From Kondoa subrosea (Eukaryota), in assembly GCA_039545335.1 (NCBI GenBank), contig BCIN01000002.1, forward strand, positions 1-64,000: DNA of 64,000 nucleotides, read 5' to 3'. Below, one piece after another: positions 25,417 to 38,591 of the stretch (positions are counted from its first letter, which is position 1; each line of letters opens with the position of its first letter). A program made the translations under genes and the position numbers. The notes beneath the pieces are model-generated. The model was not told the DNA's origin. It searched no databases and saw only the letters and a program-made list of their open reading frames with translations.

Positions 25417-28400
25417 TCACTTTATAGCAGACAGCCTCATTGGCGTCGAGGCTTTCCTGGCGGCCATTGACGCGCCTTTTCTCCTGGTATCTAGTCCGTT
25501 AGGTTGCTTTTCGAAAATGCTGGAAGAAATTCGAGTGGCTCTCCTGCTTGTTCTGGCGCCATGTTCGGCTAGGGTTGCATCTTCAGATGTAGATTGACCA
25601 GATCCGATGGACAAACGCTGATGAGGAGATCGCTGTCGCAATATTCTCCAAATTCGGGGTTCGAGGGTTGAGCGTGTAATGACGGGATATGGTGGTCGAA
25701 TGACTGGACTTGCTGCTCTTGCAACATAAGCTGAAGGCGCAACAAGAGAGTGGATTTGCATATTGACAAGGTCTTCTGAGCTGGATGCAGGATTGGCCGG
25801 AGCGAAAGATTGAGACCTATTGAGCTGTCCGACATCGTTACGTGTGGAACTAGCTTCACCAATATGGGATTCTGAAATAGCGGTATTGGAAGTCGACTTT
25901 CGACGCATGGCGATTATGTCGGGTAAACGGCGTAAAGGATCTTCTGTATCTAACACATATACATCAGCATCGTTGAATGAACGAAGTTGCTGAATACGCA
26001 CTAGTCGCAAGACTGACACTTCGATCAACGACTCCATCTACTTCCCTCAAAGGTTTATTTCCAAGCGCTGTTGGAGATATTGCCATCTGCTCTTCTACAT
26101 TGGATTGATTCTTCAGACCTAGGATGGACCGTGAATATTTGGGAGATACAGTGCATACTGCTGAATTACCTGCGCTTGTAGTTGTTAGCTGATTGAGGTT
26201 TTTTCCCCTGAAAGAGGAAGAGCCGACAGAGTTATAATGATTCAGTGGCAGGCTCGGTCCAGGTTGCATATTGCCTACAGTGCTGCTATGCCCGTTGGCC
26301 GGAAGTGCAGGCACGGCTCGATTTGTACCAGCTTGCAGATTTGAGCCATTCGCAGAGCCACCGTTCCGGACAGAAGCGCCTGACTCAGATAGTTTCTGTT
26401 GTTCCTGGTCGACGATGGTGCGGTGCTCTATTCTTTGCAAACTTGCTTTAAATTGATCGAGCAATCCATTGTAAGGAAACAACATTTCGACCACTTTGGG
26501 AATTGCACCCGGAATAGCTTGAGAAGGTCCTACAACAATTGACTTGACTGCCTCCGAGATACTAGCTAGATGGTCTTTATCTGCCAAAAGAGATATGCAA
26601 GCGGACACAAATAGCTTGTACTTATAGATATCGAAGATTGACGATGCTGCCGAAGAACTTTGTAGTTGCTGAGCAGCTCGACTGTCGTTACTTGACGCGT
26701 GGGGGGCAGATGCCACATTGCGGCCAGAACCAGCCGCGACTTGTTGAAGAGATGTCCAGGGAGAAATTAAGCTGATAAGTCGACCTTTTGCGAGTTCCAA
26801 CCTTCTTGTTCTGGCCGCATTTACCAGGTCCGCCATATCCGGGGAAGCTTGCATCAGCTTCTGAATAATGAAAGCCCCAGAAGAGGGAAGTAGTCCGGCC
26901 ATTGTCGTTACGAATGACGAAAGGAAGTCATCCGCACCAGAGCGACGAAATCGATCTCCCAAACGCTTTTGCGAAGTTTCATTGACCGAGAGGGCGAAAG
27001 ATTGGTCCAGAGCTGATACAACGAGCATTGCAAACCCGACACCATGGAATGAAGGTTCAGATAGCATGTTGATGAGGTGCACCAACGCCGTTCGATCCTG
27101 CTGGATCTTATGTGAGACAACGCTTTCGTGTTCTTTAAGCCGCGCATCCGGAGATCGGTGAATCTATTTGTACATGTCAATATGAAACTCAATCCTGGGA
27201 GACAGCTTGCTTACCTCGAGAATGAAGAAGTTTCGGACAATGCCAACCAAATCTCCGGGCATCTTCAGGTTATGGGCTGTCCTCTGAAGCCATACAACGT
27301 CACCAGGATCAACAGTTACGAGTGTACTCGGAAGAGGATTCGGTAAAGGCGGCTTGGCTGTTATGGTTTCTGAGGCGGCGCTGAAGCTCCCAACAGATCT
27401 GCTAGAGAGAGGCGGAGCTCGCATCGAAGCTTGGGAGTCATTAAACTTTTGCGCAAACGTTGCCCTCTGTCGTGCACATAGTTCACAGTTGCAACGAGCT
27501 GGCGTTGTAGAAGGAGAGCTGTTATTCGTAGACATAACCACAGCGGGACGCGCCAAGCGAATTGCGAAAGAAGGAGTGTCTGCTGGAATGGAAGTGCTGA
27601 CAGCATTTGTAGCTCTGGAAAGAGAGGAGTTGTCATATCGAAAAGAGGGTCTGGATGCCATCGTTGGGAAGAGCAAGAATGGAGGAGGTAAAGGACATTG
27701 CCGAGTAAAGGAAACCTGCGGTTCTTGTAAGCGGAGAGCTGGCATGTTTCCAGAGATTCGCCGAGGTAGTGGTCTGATAGGCGCTGATACTGTGGCATGC
27801 AACATGTTGATTGAACAGCGTTTGACACAAGGACACTCACGAGTGTCTTCCTGATCACTGTCTAAGAGATCATTCATCTCAGTCAACAGGTTCTCGATCT
27901 CCTGACCACAACTGCCAATACTTGACAAACTAGCTTTTCGTACGGATCTCCTTCGATTGCTACTGTTTACTTCCCGCGGAACTGTACTGTAGATTGGTGT
28001 AGGAGGTGCGACATTGATATTAGGAGTGGGCGCATGTGAAGTTACTGGACTAGGTTGAATGACTGATGGATGTGCATTGTGCTTTGATCCAGAAGCCGAA
28101 TTTGTCGACTGTGGAATTGTGCCGTTGGAAGAACCGCAAGTCGTTTTCAATCCGGTAGCCATTGTGCTACTTGTCTGAAGGGGAGCAAAGGTGATGGGTG
28201 AAGAGTTGGAAATAGGTCGAGCATTGATGCTTGATTGTTGCTGTTGGCTTGGAACAGCTCGACTTGGGATTGCCGCTTGAAGAGCTACTGGAGCAGCGGT
28301 CGATGGTACAGTAGCAACAACTTTTTTCTGATTCGAATCAGGTTTGGCTGTAGGTTGAGAATCGATGCTCGAGTGTTCCTCTGGAAAAGGGGTGACTCTA

Positions 28401-31400
28401 TCCGAGATTTTCTCCTGTTCCGACACACGAATGCGGGCCGATTGAGTAGCAAGATTGGTATTGGTATTTAATGGTCTGCTATTGGCTGCATTCGGGACAG
28501 ACGCTGGCGCAGACGGAGGAGATGTGTCATGATTGTTTGGAAAATGCTTGGAAATTGGAGTTGTAGCATTCGGATTGTTCATCATGTGTTGCGCGAAAGA
28601 CGTTGAACGAGCTGATGTACTAGCCGATGGAATGCTGGGCGAGTTTTTTGAAGATGATCGAGATGTGACTGCCTGATTTTCCGTCCCGTCCTGCATTGTC
28701 TGAGCTGTCTTTGGAACTTCCGCAGATACTTTAAAAATGCTCTTTGTAGTATTGGAAGCGTCCGTGGCTATAGAAATAGAAGGCAGAGAATTCATGTTAC
28801 CAGCCGGCTGAGAGACAGGTGTAAGTAGCAGAGCGGCGATCTGTCAAATGTTGAATTAGTCAAGCATCCTATCCAGACGAAGACGAACTCACAGTAGAGT
28901 CTGTTGGCGAATTTTCAGTTGACAGCGCAATCACTTCTTCTGGTTGTACTTCTGATGGTGCAGAGTGGAGGGCAGTGAGCAACTTTGAGCGTAATTGCTG
29001 ATCGATCATCGAATCCTTCGGAGTAGCTGCTGCTGTTTTAGGCATAGTATCGACTTCAGTCGTGTCTTGCGACACTGTTGATTCCTGTACAATAGTTTCG
29101 AGAGCCGCAGCTGAAGTCTCTGGTTCGCAGAGCGGATCTTTAGTGGACAAATTCCTTAGTGCAGCCGGATGCGAGTCTGCTGCAGCCCTCTTGCTCAATG
29201 AATTGGGTTTACTGCTTGCAGGAGTCGACTGCCGAGCAGGTGTACTTCCTCGCGGGCCTGGACCTGGAGTAGATCCTTTTCCCCTCGCGTACTGCAGTCT
29301 CTTTCGATCAGGTTTGGCTACTGCCATTGTTGATCTTCGAGCAGGTACTACACGAAGGGGCGCAGGTTTGTTAATTGCTTCATCTTCAGACGTTGAAGAA
29401 TTGCCTGAGGTAGTTGTAGTTCTTGATCGAACCGAGGCAGGCTTCTTCGGTATCGCTTTGGTAGATTGAGAAGTAGAAGGTGGACTAACGAGATCAGCTT
29501 CGGCTTGCATCGAATTAGCTTCAGGCGGAACAAGGCTCTTGAGAGTCGGACTCGAAACAGCATGCTGGGAAGGTTCTTGTGTCGAAAGACTAGCGACCGT
29601 CGTTGATACAGATTTCGGATCCGAATCAGCAGCATCTGCGTTTGCTTGAAGAGGTGCTGGTAATTCCTCGCATGGAGGAGGCAAATGAGGCAGATCGACC
29701 TGCATATCGCTCTCGTGTACGCTCATTGATGTGCGATCAAGCAGTTCCGGATCCTCTTCCTCTTCTGTAGAGGTATCAAGATTGAGGACTTCTGATTTCC
29801 GTTTAGCTGTTGCAGGAAGGGCGGCAACTTCACGTTGATCTGCACTACTAGAAAGAGAGCGAGAAGTCCTCTGTGCAGGAGATTCACGAGATTCAGTTTG
29901 ATCGAGATCCATGTTTGAGCGAGATTTATGGAATCGTGGATCGTCCTGTTCTTCGGCAGAAGAAGAATCTTGAACATAAGTCTTTCGTTTACTTGTTTGC
30001 TTCTTATTTGTGAGCAAGTGTCTTTTTTCTGGGGGCTGCTGTATCAATGTGAGTAATGTATGTTTGACAAGGAAAATATCACCTACTTTGCTTGTACCAG
30101 CGATACTTGTTTCGGAAGGCTTCTCAAGCGACTTGCTTCTCGCTATAAATGCCGACTCGTCTCGAGTAGTGTTGAGCTTCTGTCTTTTGTCTGATGTGGA
30201 AGACTTGTTCTGTTGACTTGATGAAACTTTGGCAGTAGACTTTTCAGAAGCGGAAAGAAGTGGAGGTGAAGCAGACGGTCTGACAAGGGTCGGTCTCTTC
30301 CTCTTTTTCGGAGCAGGAGAAGACGGCGGAGTGACTTCCGGACGAATGATACTTGGCGAAACAACCGCTTTAGCTTTGCCCTTTTCTTTTGGCGAGACGG
30401 CCGTGGAAAGGCTTTCAATGACTTGCAGACCATCATCGTCATCGCTTGGTGTTTCTTGGACAGGTGAACGTTTTTGCTTCTTCTTCTTGATCTCCGTAGT
30501 CGTTACCGAACTCTTTCTCGCGCGCTTCTTTCCTTTTCCTTCATCTTTCTCCTTTTCCACTTCTTTGCCCTTTCCCTTGTCAGGAGATTTACCATAAAGT
30601 GCTTTACTTAATCCAGCAGAACCACTCTTAGTTTTCGCTTCCTCCCATTCTTTTACATTCTTTGCAATAGCCGATGCACTTAATTTAGGTACAATCGTTG
30701 TTTCTGATGGTGCATCTACATACATTTGCTCTTCATTTTCATCCTCCGAAGGTGTATCGATATCAATCACTGGACCTTTAGCCTTGAACGCAATTTTAGG
30801 AGAAGTTTTGGAAGTAGGTGCTTTAGCAGAAGAGGGTTTGATGACAGGTGCTTTGAAAGTAGAAGCTTTAGGTAAACTTGAAGGTCCTGCTAATGGTGTT
30901 TGAGAGGTCGAGTTTGCTGCAGATGACCGATGGGCCTGAGAAGTGGAAGGTTGAGCCACAGCAGCGAGAGATAGCGAGGTCGTCTTAGAGGAAGAAGAGT
31001 GAGAGACTGTACTAGTTGTAGCGGAAGGCAAGATACCAGAGGCTCGACTTGTAGGTTTGGCTTTGATCTTCTTGCTTTTGTTTGGAACGATTGCCTGTGA
31101 AGAGAAAGTAATTTCTTGCTCTGACTTCTCCGCTTTCTCTATTTGCGATGCGGAAGACTTTGTTACCATTGCTGGAGCGACGGAATTGCTCTTACGAGGG
31201 ATTGCGGCAGTATTGATTGATCCACTTTGGGACGGGCGAGATTTATCAGAAGCTGAAGCTGGATCTGTGTTTTGAGAAACTCCAACAGCAGGCGGAGCAG
31301 TAGATGTACTTGCAGAAGCAGTAGGAGCTGGAGTTGCGGGCTTCTTTGTCAAAGCATGGACAGCAGCATCTTCAAAAATCGAAACACCATTTGCTGATCC

Positions 31401-31880
31401 ACATTGTTCTGCAAAGAGGGGCCACACACATTGACGCCAAGTTTCAAGTCTTTGCATTTGCAAGAATCGAGTATCTCGGTCCAACTTGTGAGCCTTCTTT
31501 GCTATTCCATTGTCCACTTTGTCATATACAGAGCTATCGTAGAGAAAGAGAGAGGCTATAGGACCGAGGATTGGAAAGAGGGGAATGGGTGGTTGAAATG
31601 AAGAACACCATTGTTCGTATTGATCGAAGAGACCAAGTAAAGCCTGCTTCGTTTCTGGATTCTTTTCGGCAGTGATCTTGGACAGCAACAGCCCTCTTGC
31701 TTGATGCGTTACAGTCTTGATAGCAGCTTCATCACCAACTTGTCGAAGTAAATAACGAAGCGCTTCTTGGTGTTTCAATCTATCCTTCAGCACCTTATTG
31801 ATGCCTGGCGCCTTCTTCTTTGATCCAGCAGCATTAGTATCTGCGTTGACCGCTGGAGCACCCTGAGAAGAGAAAGCCAT
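25417..31880 (-). CDS. Large (~2,100 aa) mostly disordered, probably nuclear protein of unknown function
   Basis: ORFs of 1003, 543, 373 and 206 aa join in frame through GT-AG introns near 28870, 27190 and 25975. S/T/A/P/K-rich, with basic clusters (KKRARK, KKKKQKR, KKRKRP). The 3' end is uncertain. Confidence 0.75.
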
Positions 31881-32147
31881 GTTTGAGGGAACAACAAGGG
31901 GTATGTTATGTTATTGCAAGCAAGTTCGGGTATCTGATTAGGGCAAGCGATGGTATACAGCCTCACTGCTGATGCCAGGTCATGGTTGCACTAGCACATA
32001 GAGTCCAGTGAGTTGCGCGAGTGACTGTGTCGAGACAAGTTAGAGACTCCATGTTTTTGCTGGGATCCACCATTGCTTGAGAGTGCTTGAGGCTGAATTT
32101 AGAAATACTAGTGTGCTACGACTTGCTGCTGAGGAAGAGGAGAAGAT

Positions 32148-33770
32148 ATGCCAAACACAAATGGCAGCAGCACAACAACTGCAAACACAAATACAACTTT
32201 ATCGAATTCAGCAAGTCCTACAACTCAAGCCCTAGCTACGCAAGTCCAGCCTTCAACGAGCAAGAAAGACCGGAAACGACTCCTGTTTGTTCGTGAAGCT
32301 TTAACTTATATACGCGAAGTATCTTGTAAAGGTGAAGTTATTCATTTCGGAAGCCCATTCAAATGTTCAAAATCCTGGAACTTTGACTTCAAAGGTGATT
32401 GGGTCCTGACAAATCTGCGCTTTGGGAATTCGGTGTCTGGAAGATCTGACGATCGATTTCTTGAATCCATCTTCATCCGCTCCATACTCTCTGAATCCCT
32501 TCCGAGGCTGCTGAAAGATCTAAGTGGCATACCATCTGTAGAGGGAGTAGGTTGTTCCGTAGCATAAGCATTGCTCTGGCTGAATAGTCACTGAAGGTAG
32601 GGAAACATGATACGAAATTAGGGTTGTTAGTGGATCCAAAATATGACGGGAAAGATATTCGAATAAAGGTGCGCTGTCCTGGCTTCATCTGGTATATCCA
32701 GCTCTAAGCTTTCGGACGATGCACAGTTTGGGGACAGTTTCGCTCTTGGCTTCTTCACTGTACAAAGTTTTGGCATTTGGCCAGCAGCAATACGACTAAT
32801 ACCGCCAAAGCAACGTCTAGAAGTGTTTAGAGCAGTATTACGCGGTCTTCTCATACATCTGCTTATATATCAACAAGGTTCGTTTGTGATTGTCTTAAAT
32901 CACCAAAAGAGCTTAGAATCTGAAATACAAAGGTTCAGAAAGGGCTCCTTTGGCTGATCGATTCTCAGGGACAACAATGTATCTTGCTTCGCTTATACAT
33001 CTCGCCGCTTTGGATCCGGAAGGGTGTCGGAATGTCGAACTCAATGAATCAATACATAGTCAGCCCAAGTTTGTATATTGCGTGGTACTGGCTGATATTT
33101 GGAACAGTTGGCGGAGAGAAGCATGGAGAATCAAAGCCTTCTCTACTATCTGCTTTCAAATGGCTAAGGCGGCAAGGAGCAGGTTGTTCTGACGAGGTAC
33201 AAAGATTAATGGAAGGACTCCGATTTATACTTGGCTTCCCGTGCGTTCTTTTCTACTCTCCTGATGATATACCTCTCATGACAGTTGTTAGACCAACATC
33301 GCTACTAGAAAAAGCTGGTCTTTCACCTTTTGAAGTAGCAGCTGCATCGAAATCACCTGAACTTCGAATGACGCTAGCAGCAAGCTGGATTGAACGGAAT
33401 CCTTTGTTTGTCATATCTTCTCGCGTTGGGTGCGCTGGATGTGGGCGAATAGCGGAAGGTATTGAAGCTACTAAATTCAAGGTGTGTTCCTGTCATTCGC
33501 TTGCTGCTTATGTGTGAGATAGTGATCGCTGCTCATAGATATGCATGGATTGTCGATGTGTGGCATATTGTGGAAGACCGTGTCAAATGTGAGCTGTTCT
33601 TGCCTGTTTTGCTTTTTATTAGCATCATCTGACACCTGAACAGACTGGACTACTACGAAGGAGAGCACAAGAAATACTGCTCGCGGATGATAAAGAATCA
33701 AGTACCCGAACCGATTGACAAAGGCAAAGCGAAGGCTCTTCGAGGTGTTATTACAGGCGGTCCCATCTAA
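32148..33770 (+). CDS. C-terminal MYND zinc-finger protein
   Basis: Spliced C-terminus GCAGCG..FK|ICMDCRCVAYCGRPCQ|LDYYEGEHKKYC matches MYND Cys/His spacing. Confidence 0.8.
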
Positions 33771-33925
33771 ATGTGTAATTTGGATTCTTGTTCAGTTCAG
33801 TGTCAATGTATCACTTGTTATTCAGCAGTCGCATCGTTACTGTATTGCAAAAGGGCCTTTGAACAGCCGACCCCCCTCGTCTTCATCATGAGCTGCACTG
33901 TGCCGGGCATTGTTTTGATTTTCCA

Positions 33926-33931
33926 ACGCGT
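33926..33931. promoter_or_regulatory. MCB-like element ACGCGT upstream of CDC6
   Basis: Exact MluI cell-cycle box ~165 bp before the CDC6 ATG, with a partial ACGCG at 34081. CDC6/cdc18 is a classic MBF target in yeasts. A 6-mer can occur by chance. Confidence 0.45.
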
Positions 33932-34094
33932 CTTTGAATTTCGAGCTTTCTTTTCCTCTTTCATTACAACCATCAAGCGCTGCACACCTCTCACCCAACC
34001 CAAGCGACTCCTTCACACTCCTTACAGCAGCTCTCCCACAGGTCAAGTCATTCTATCACAAATCTCATTTCACTTTCTTCACGCGCATAACACA

Positions 34095-35927
34095 ATGTCC
34101 ACACCTATACGCAGAATAACTCGCTCTTCATCAGCAGCAACAGTAGAAGTAGTCATTGCCAGCTCCCCATCACCTCTCAAACGCTCAAGATGTCCTTCTC
34201 AAGCTCAAGAGTCGAAAAGATCAGTTAGGCAACGGACTGACAAACTGGTCTCGTCTATAGTAGCTTCTCAGCCTGGTGAGTCGACGTCACACAGGGAGAG
34301 ATACTTTGACGCTCATCCACTTTACGCGTAGCACCTATTCTAGTCGAAGATTTACAAACACCAACCAAAGCTCGCACGATCGAAATTCCTCAACTCCATA
34401 GTCCAACGACTACACCTACCAAGTCAACTTCTCGCTCACCTTATGCTCAAGCTCGATCTCTACTGAGATTATCAGCTACAACCAATTCTGATGAATCGTT
34501 ACCTTTGCTGGGTCGCGATAAACAGCGAGACCAGATCCTCTCCTTCATCTCTGCTTCTTCTTCTACTTCTTCTGACTTTGAACTACGTCAAGGTGGTGCA
34601 TTGTACGTGTCTGGACAACCTGGAACGGGCAAGACTGCTTTAATTACCGATTTACTCGAACGAACTCTGCCTACAACTCTGCCTAAGCTCTTTCTCAATT
34701 GCGCAACTGTCAAAGGTATTCAAATCTGGGAGCATGTACTGGATGCTGTCAATGGTTCGCCTGTTGGACTCAAGGGTTTGAGGGCAAGAAAGCGTTTGGA
34801 AGAATTGCTTCAGCAGAGCGATCGCGAAGCATTGTGCGTGTTCTCGTTGCTCTCCTCGTTCATGCACTGACACATATACTAGTCTATTGGTTCTGGATGA
34901 AATTGATCATCTCGCTCAAACCAATCTTCTCCAGACACTCTTTGTGTTGGCTATCGCCGAAGGATCCAAACTAACTCTGATCGGTATTGCGAATGCTCTG
35001 GATCTCTCTGCACGTCTGCCTACTTCAAATCCCAATCTGCAATGCCTGGATTTCCCGCCTTATGAAGCAAGTGACATGGTTCTGATCGCTCGACAACGCT
35101 TGGCTCTTCTTTCTAATTCAAACGACAATTCTTCCCTTCCTCTTATCGCTGCACCTGCTCTAGAACTTGCTTCAAGAAAAGTAGCTGCCTCGTCAAGCGA
35201 TCTTCGAACTTTTCTTTCTGTAGTACGCAAGGCCATTGAATTCGCTGAACCTGAAACTCTATCTCCCGATCTCGATCTAGCCAACGCACCAAAAGCAAGT
35301 CCAGCTCATGTACTCAAAGCCCTGAAAGCTTGTTCTATGTCTTCTTCTACTGGATCCGCTTCAGGGAAACTTCAAGCTGCTTTAAGTTTGGTTGGTGGTT
35401 TGCAAGCTCGACTAGCTCTGACAGCACTCTGTATCGCTTTGGATCGATCTTCTCCTTCTCCTTCTCAACAGCAGGAAATCTCTATCGAAGCTTGTTGGAG
35501 CGTTTACAACGATTCTTTAAGCAAAGCTAATAGAGAAGAATTCATTCAATCTAGATCAGATTGGGAAAACTTATTGGACAACCTTTCTTCTAATGGAATC
35601 ACTAGAGTTTCAGTCGTTACTCGATCTTCACCTACTTCTTCGTCCAAGAAAAAATCACCTAGAAAAGGTGAAAGAATGTTGAGTTTGGTTTTTGGGTTGA
35701 AAGAAACAAGTGAAGCTGTCAAGAATTGTGAAACGAGTAAAGAGGTTTCTGCAATCGCTGCGAGCATTTTGAATTGCGAAGAAAAACTCAAAGGAAGGAA
35801 AGCTCGTGTTTGGGAAACAAACGAAGTTGCACCTCAGAGGGGTTTCAATGGAGATGGATTGGATGGAAGAGAGCAGATGATGATTGGTGATGAGAGAAGA
35901 TCGAGAAGAGATGAAGAGGAGTTGTAG
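34095..35927 (+). CDS. CDC6: Replication licensing AAA+ ATPase Cdc6/Cdc18
   Basis: N-terminus rich in S/T-P sites, LYVSGQPGTGKT (Walker A), VLDEID (Walker B), LIGIANALDL, KVAASSSDLR. Confidence 0.93.
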
Positions 35928-37004
35928 ATTGTAACAAGCAAGTCGTTTTTCGTTTAGTGTCTTACTTCAATTGCATTTTCGTTCACATTGTATTGTCTGA
36001 CCTCGACCAGAGACTGTCGAGAGTGCGAGAGCTAGTCGTGGAACTATGAAAGACATTATAGCAGATTTGAAGATGCGTCGCAAGGCAATAGTAGAGTTTG
36101 ACAAAAATAAAGCATCCATTACGCAAACATATGATTGATCACAAAGATGTCCGTACCACTTGAAAGAAACTCAAGCATGCGAATCCGTCTCCGAAAAGAA
36201 AGGACTCCAGCTTCGAAAAGCCTTGCAAAGAGTTTCTACAGAAATAGCGCGGTGCTTTCCATCTCTCGCCAGAGAAAATGGATAGCTCAATTCGTCTTGC
36301 CCAGTTTTAGCACAGTCTCAAAAAGCATTGAAAGGTTTAGCTGTAAGACGGAATAATATAAAGGGCGTTATGTTGGAAGGGAAGAGAAGAGAAGAGAAAG
36401 AACCGAAGCGAGCTATCAATGTCGGGATGAGAGGGGAGAGCAATCCGATAAGTGATTGCAGTACTGCTTATATGCAATACTGAAACCTGTACTCAAAGCC
36501 AAAATCAGCGATTTGTCCAACTTGGGTTTTTCGTCTGGCTGATCGAAAGTTATGTTCAGGCATGAGAATGTCTCCATTCAAACATGATCGCGTAAAGATC
36601 AGCATCCACGCTTAATGCAGCGCCTAAGCTGTCCCTATCTATGAGTGCGTTTTGACATCTTATTGAAAAGTCGGACAGAAAAAGACAGAAGCCAAACTAG
36701 AAGCAGGGATGGATGGGCTTACTATACAGTGTGCCCATGCTACAATTAGGCGATAATACAACAATGATGGTGTCCGGAAGTCAACCTCCGAAATTGCGCT
36801 TTTGAATCTCGTAAGTCACACTTCGGTCTTTCCGAAACGATTCACAACTGCCATCCAAGTCCTGCTCTGCCTGTCAGTCGGTGGTCTGCACGGCCTCAAC
36901 AGCTGGCTGCATTCCATTGCGACCCTGTTTCCTTTCAAGTTTGACTCGTCAACCTCAAGCCCACTTTTCTATTGCGCGCTGATAACGCATGCAAGCGCTA
37001 CACG

Positions 37005-38591
37005 ATGAAGACTTTGTCTCTGCCTCCAAGGACTGTATCTGGCACATCGTGTGATTCCGCAATCGATCTCACTTACTCAAGGTCTCCTTCTCCACATAGT
37101 CAAAGTGCGACCGCAGCAGCAATGTCCGCACTCGAAAGAGTCACTGCCCAGTGTGCCGCTCAGCAAGCTCCGTTGACTATCAAGAAAGCTGGTCCTACAA
37201 AATCGCTCAAGATTCTTATTAAAGCAAAACCTTCTGCCCCTAAACTTCCGCCAACACCGCTCAAGAAACTCACCATCTCCAGTTCTAAAGTGCAGAAACC
37301 TATCAAGCCTACTCCAGCCAAACCAGTTATTTGGCATCGCGCAGGCCAATCATCGCCTCGCAAGATCCCGCGTTCCAGTACAAGTCCCATTGTTCCCATA
37401 TATCCAACTATGTCCATTGCTCGAAGGAAGTCTACAGCTGTTATTCAAGAGCCAGATACTGGCGACACAGACTCCGAAGAAGAAGTTCTCCACATTTTGC
37501 AAAAACCAATCAAGAAATCCGTCAAGGCTCAAGGGAAAGCAAGAGAAACATCTCAAGACAGGCCCATCGATATCGCAAGAGTTGATCAATCGGGTAGTCT
37601 GGTCTTGTCGCCCAAGAGAGCAATCTCTGAAGATCTCATTGTCAAACGGCAATACTTCATACCACCGTCACCACCTCTTCCTTTCGCTTCCACTTCCAAG
37701 CACATTGCGAAAACAATAGAAGAAGAATCGTATGCGAAAGAAGAATCGCCTGATGTCGAAGTAGTCATTCCTTTGGTCTCTGTCCCGCCTCCGCCTGTGA
37801 CCGTCCCATTCTCGTCTTCGCAAACTGCTAAAGTTCCCAAGCGCAAACGTAACTGTCTTCCTAGAGAACGCTCTCAGTCTTTCGTGGAGGAAGCAGATGA
37901 TTTGCCCGGGAAACGATCACGCTATGTGGAATCAGATTACGTGCCGAAAAAGCGAAAGGAAAGAAGGTCTTTACGTAATTCGCACACTTGTGCTCGAGAA
38001 GACTATCCGTGAGTCTGCACTTGCAAATAGCTGGTAAGACTTGCTTATTACAAGCTTGCGAAAACTCACAGAGAACCGAATTTCATTGTCGACGTTCCAT
38101 CTTTTCCTTCACCATCTTCGCTTGTAGTCAGACCAGCAGCTCCACTCAAGATCAAACTCAAGATTCCTTCTGCGAATCCAAGTCCCGACAATTCAGTTGT
38201 CGTGCCTGAAACTGTACCAGAATTTACTTTCGCCGAAGAACCAGCAGAACCCTCGCCAGATGTCGAAGAAGGGGAGGAGTCATTCAACATGCTCAATGCT
38301 CAAGCTATTACTACCGATCCATTCTTAACTTATGAACCACCACCTGATTCTGATCTTTATGAACCTTTACCTGAATTCAGCCTGCCAGCTTTGGACGACG
38401 ATATGGGATCGACTACACCTTCTTCTGTTAACTCGTTACCTGGCTTTGAAGATCTGTTTGGAGCAAGTTTGGAACCGCCTGGTTTGATGAGTGACGGAGT
38501 GAAATTCGAATGGGAACAGAAAGATGTGGTCACGAATATGGATGTGGATGGAGATTGGTTAATGAATGAAGACTTCTTGGTTGGCTACTGA
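37005..38591 (+). CDS. Hypothetical Pro/Ser/Lys-rich protein with acidic C-terminus
   Basis: A 335-codon exon joined through a GTGAGT intron at ~38009 to an acidic final exon. No domain recognised. Confidence 0.7.

Noticed and set aside
27354..30597. Long antisense ORFs over the giant protein
   Set aside because: They are shadows of Ser/Ala/Pro-rich coding sequence with no independent protein features.
35928..37004. Gene or ncRNA in the ~1.1 kb gap after CDC6
   Set aside because: Only short ORFs and a (GAAGA)n purine tract. I could not build a consistent spliced model or RNA structure.
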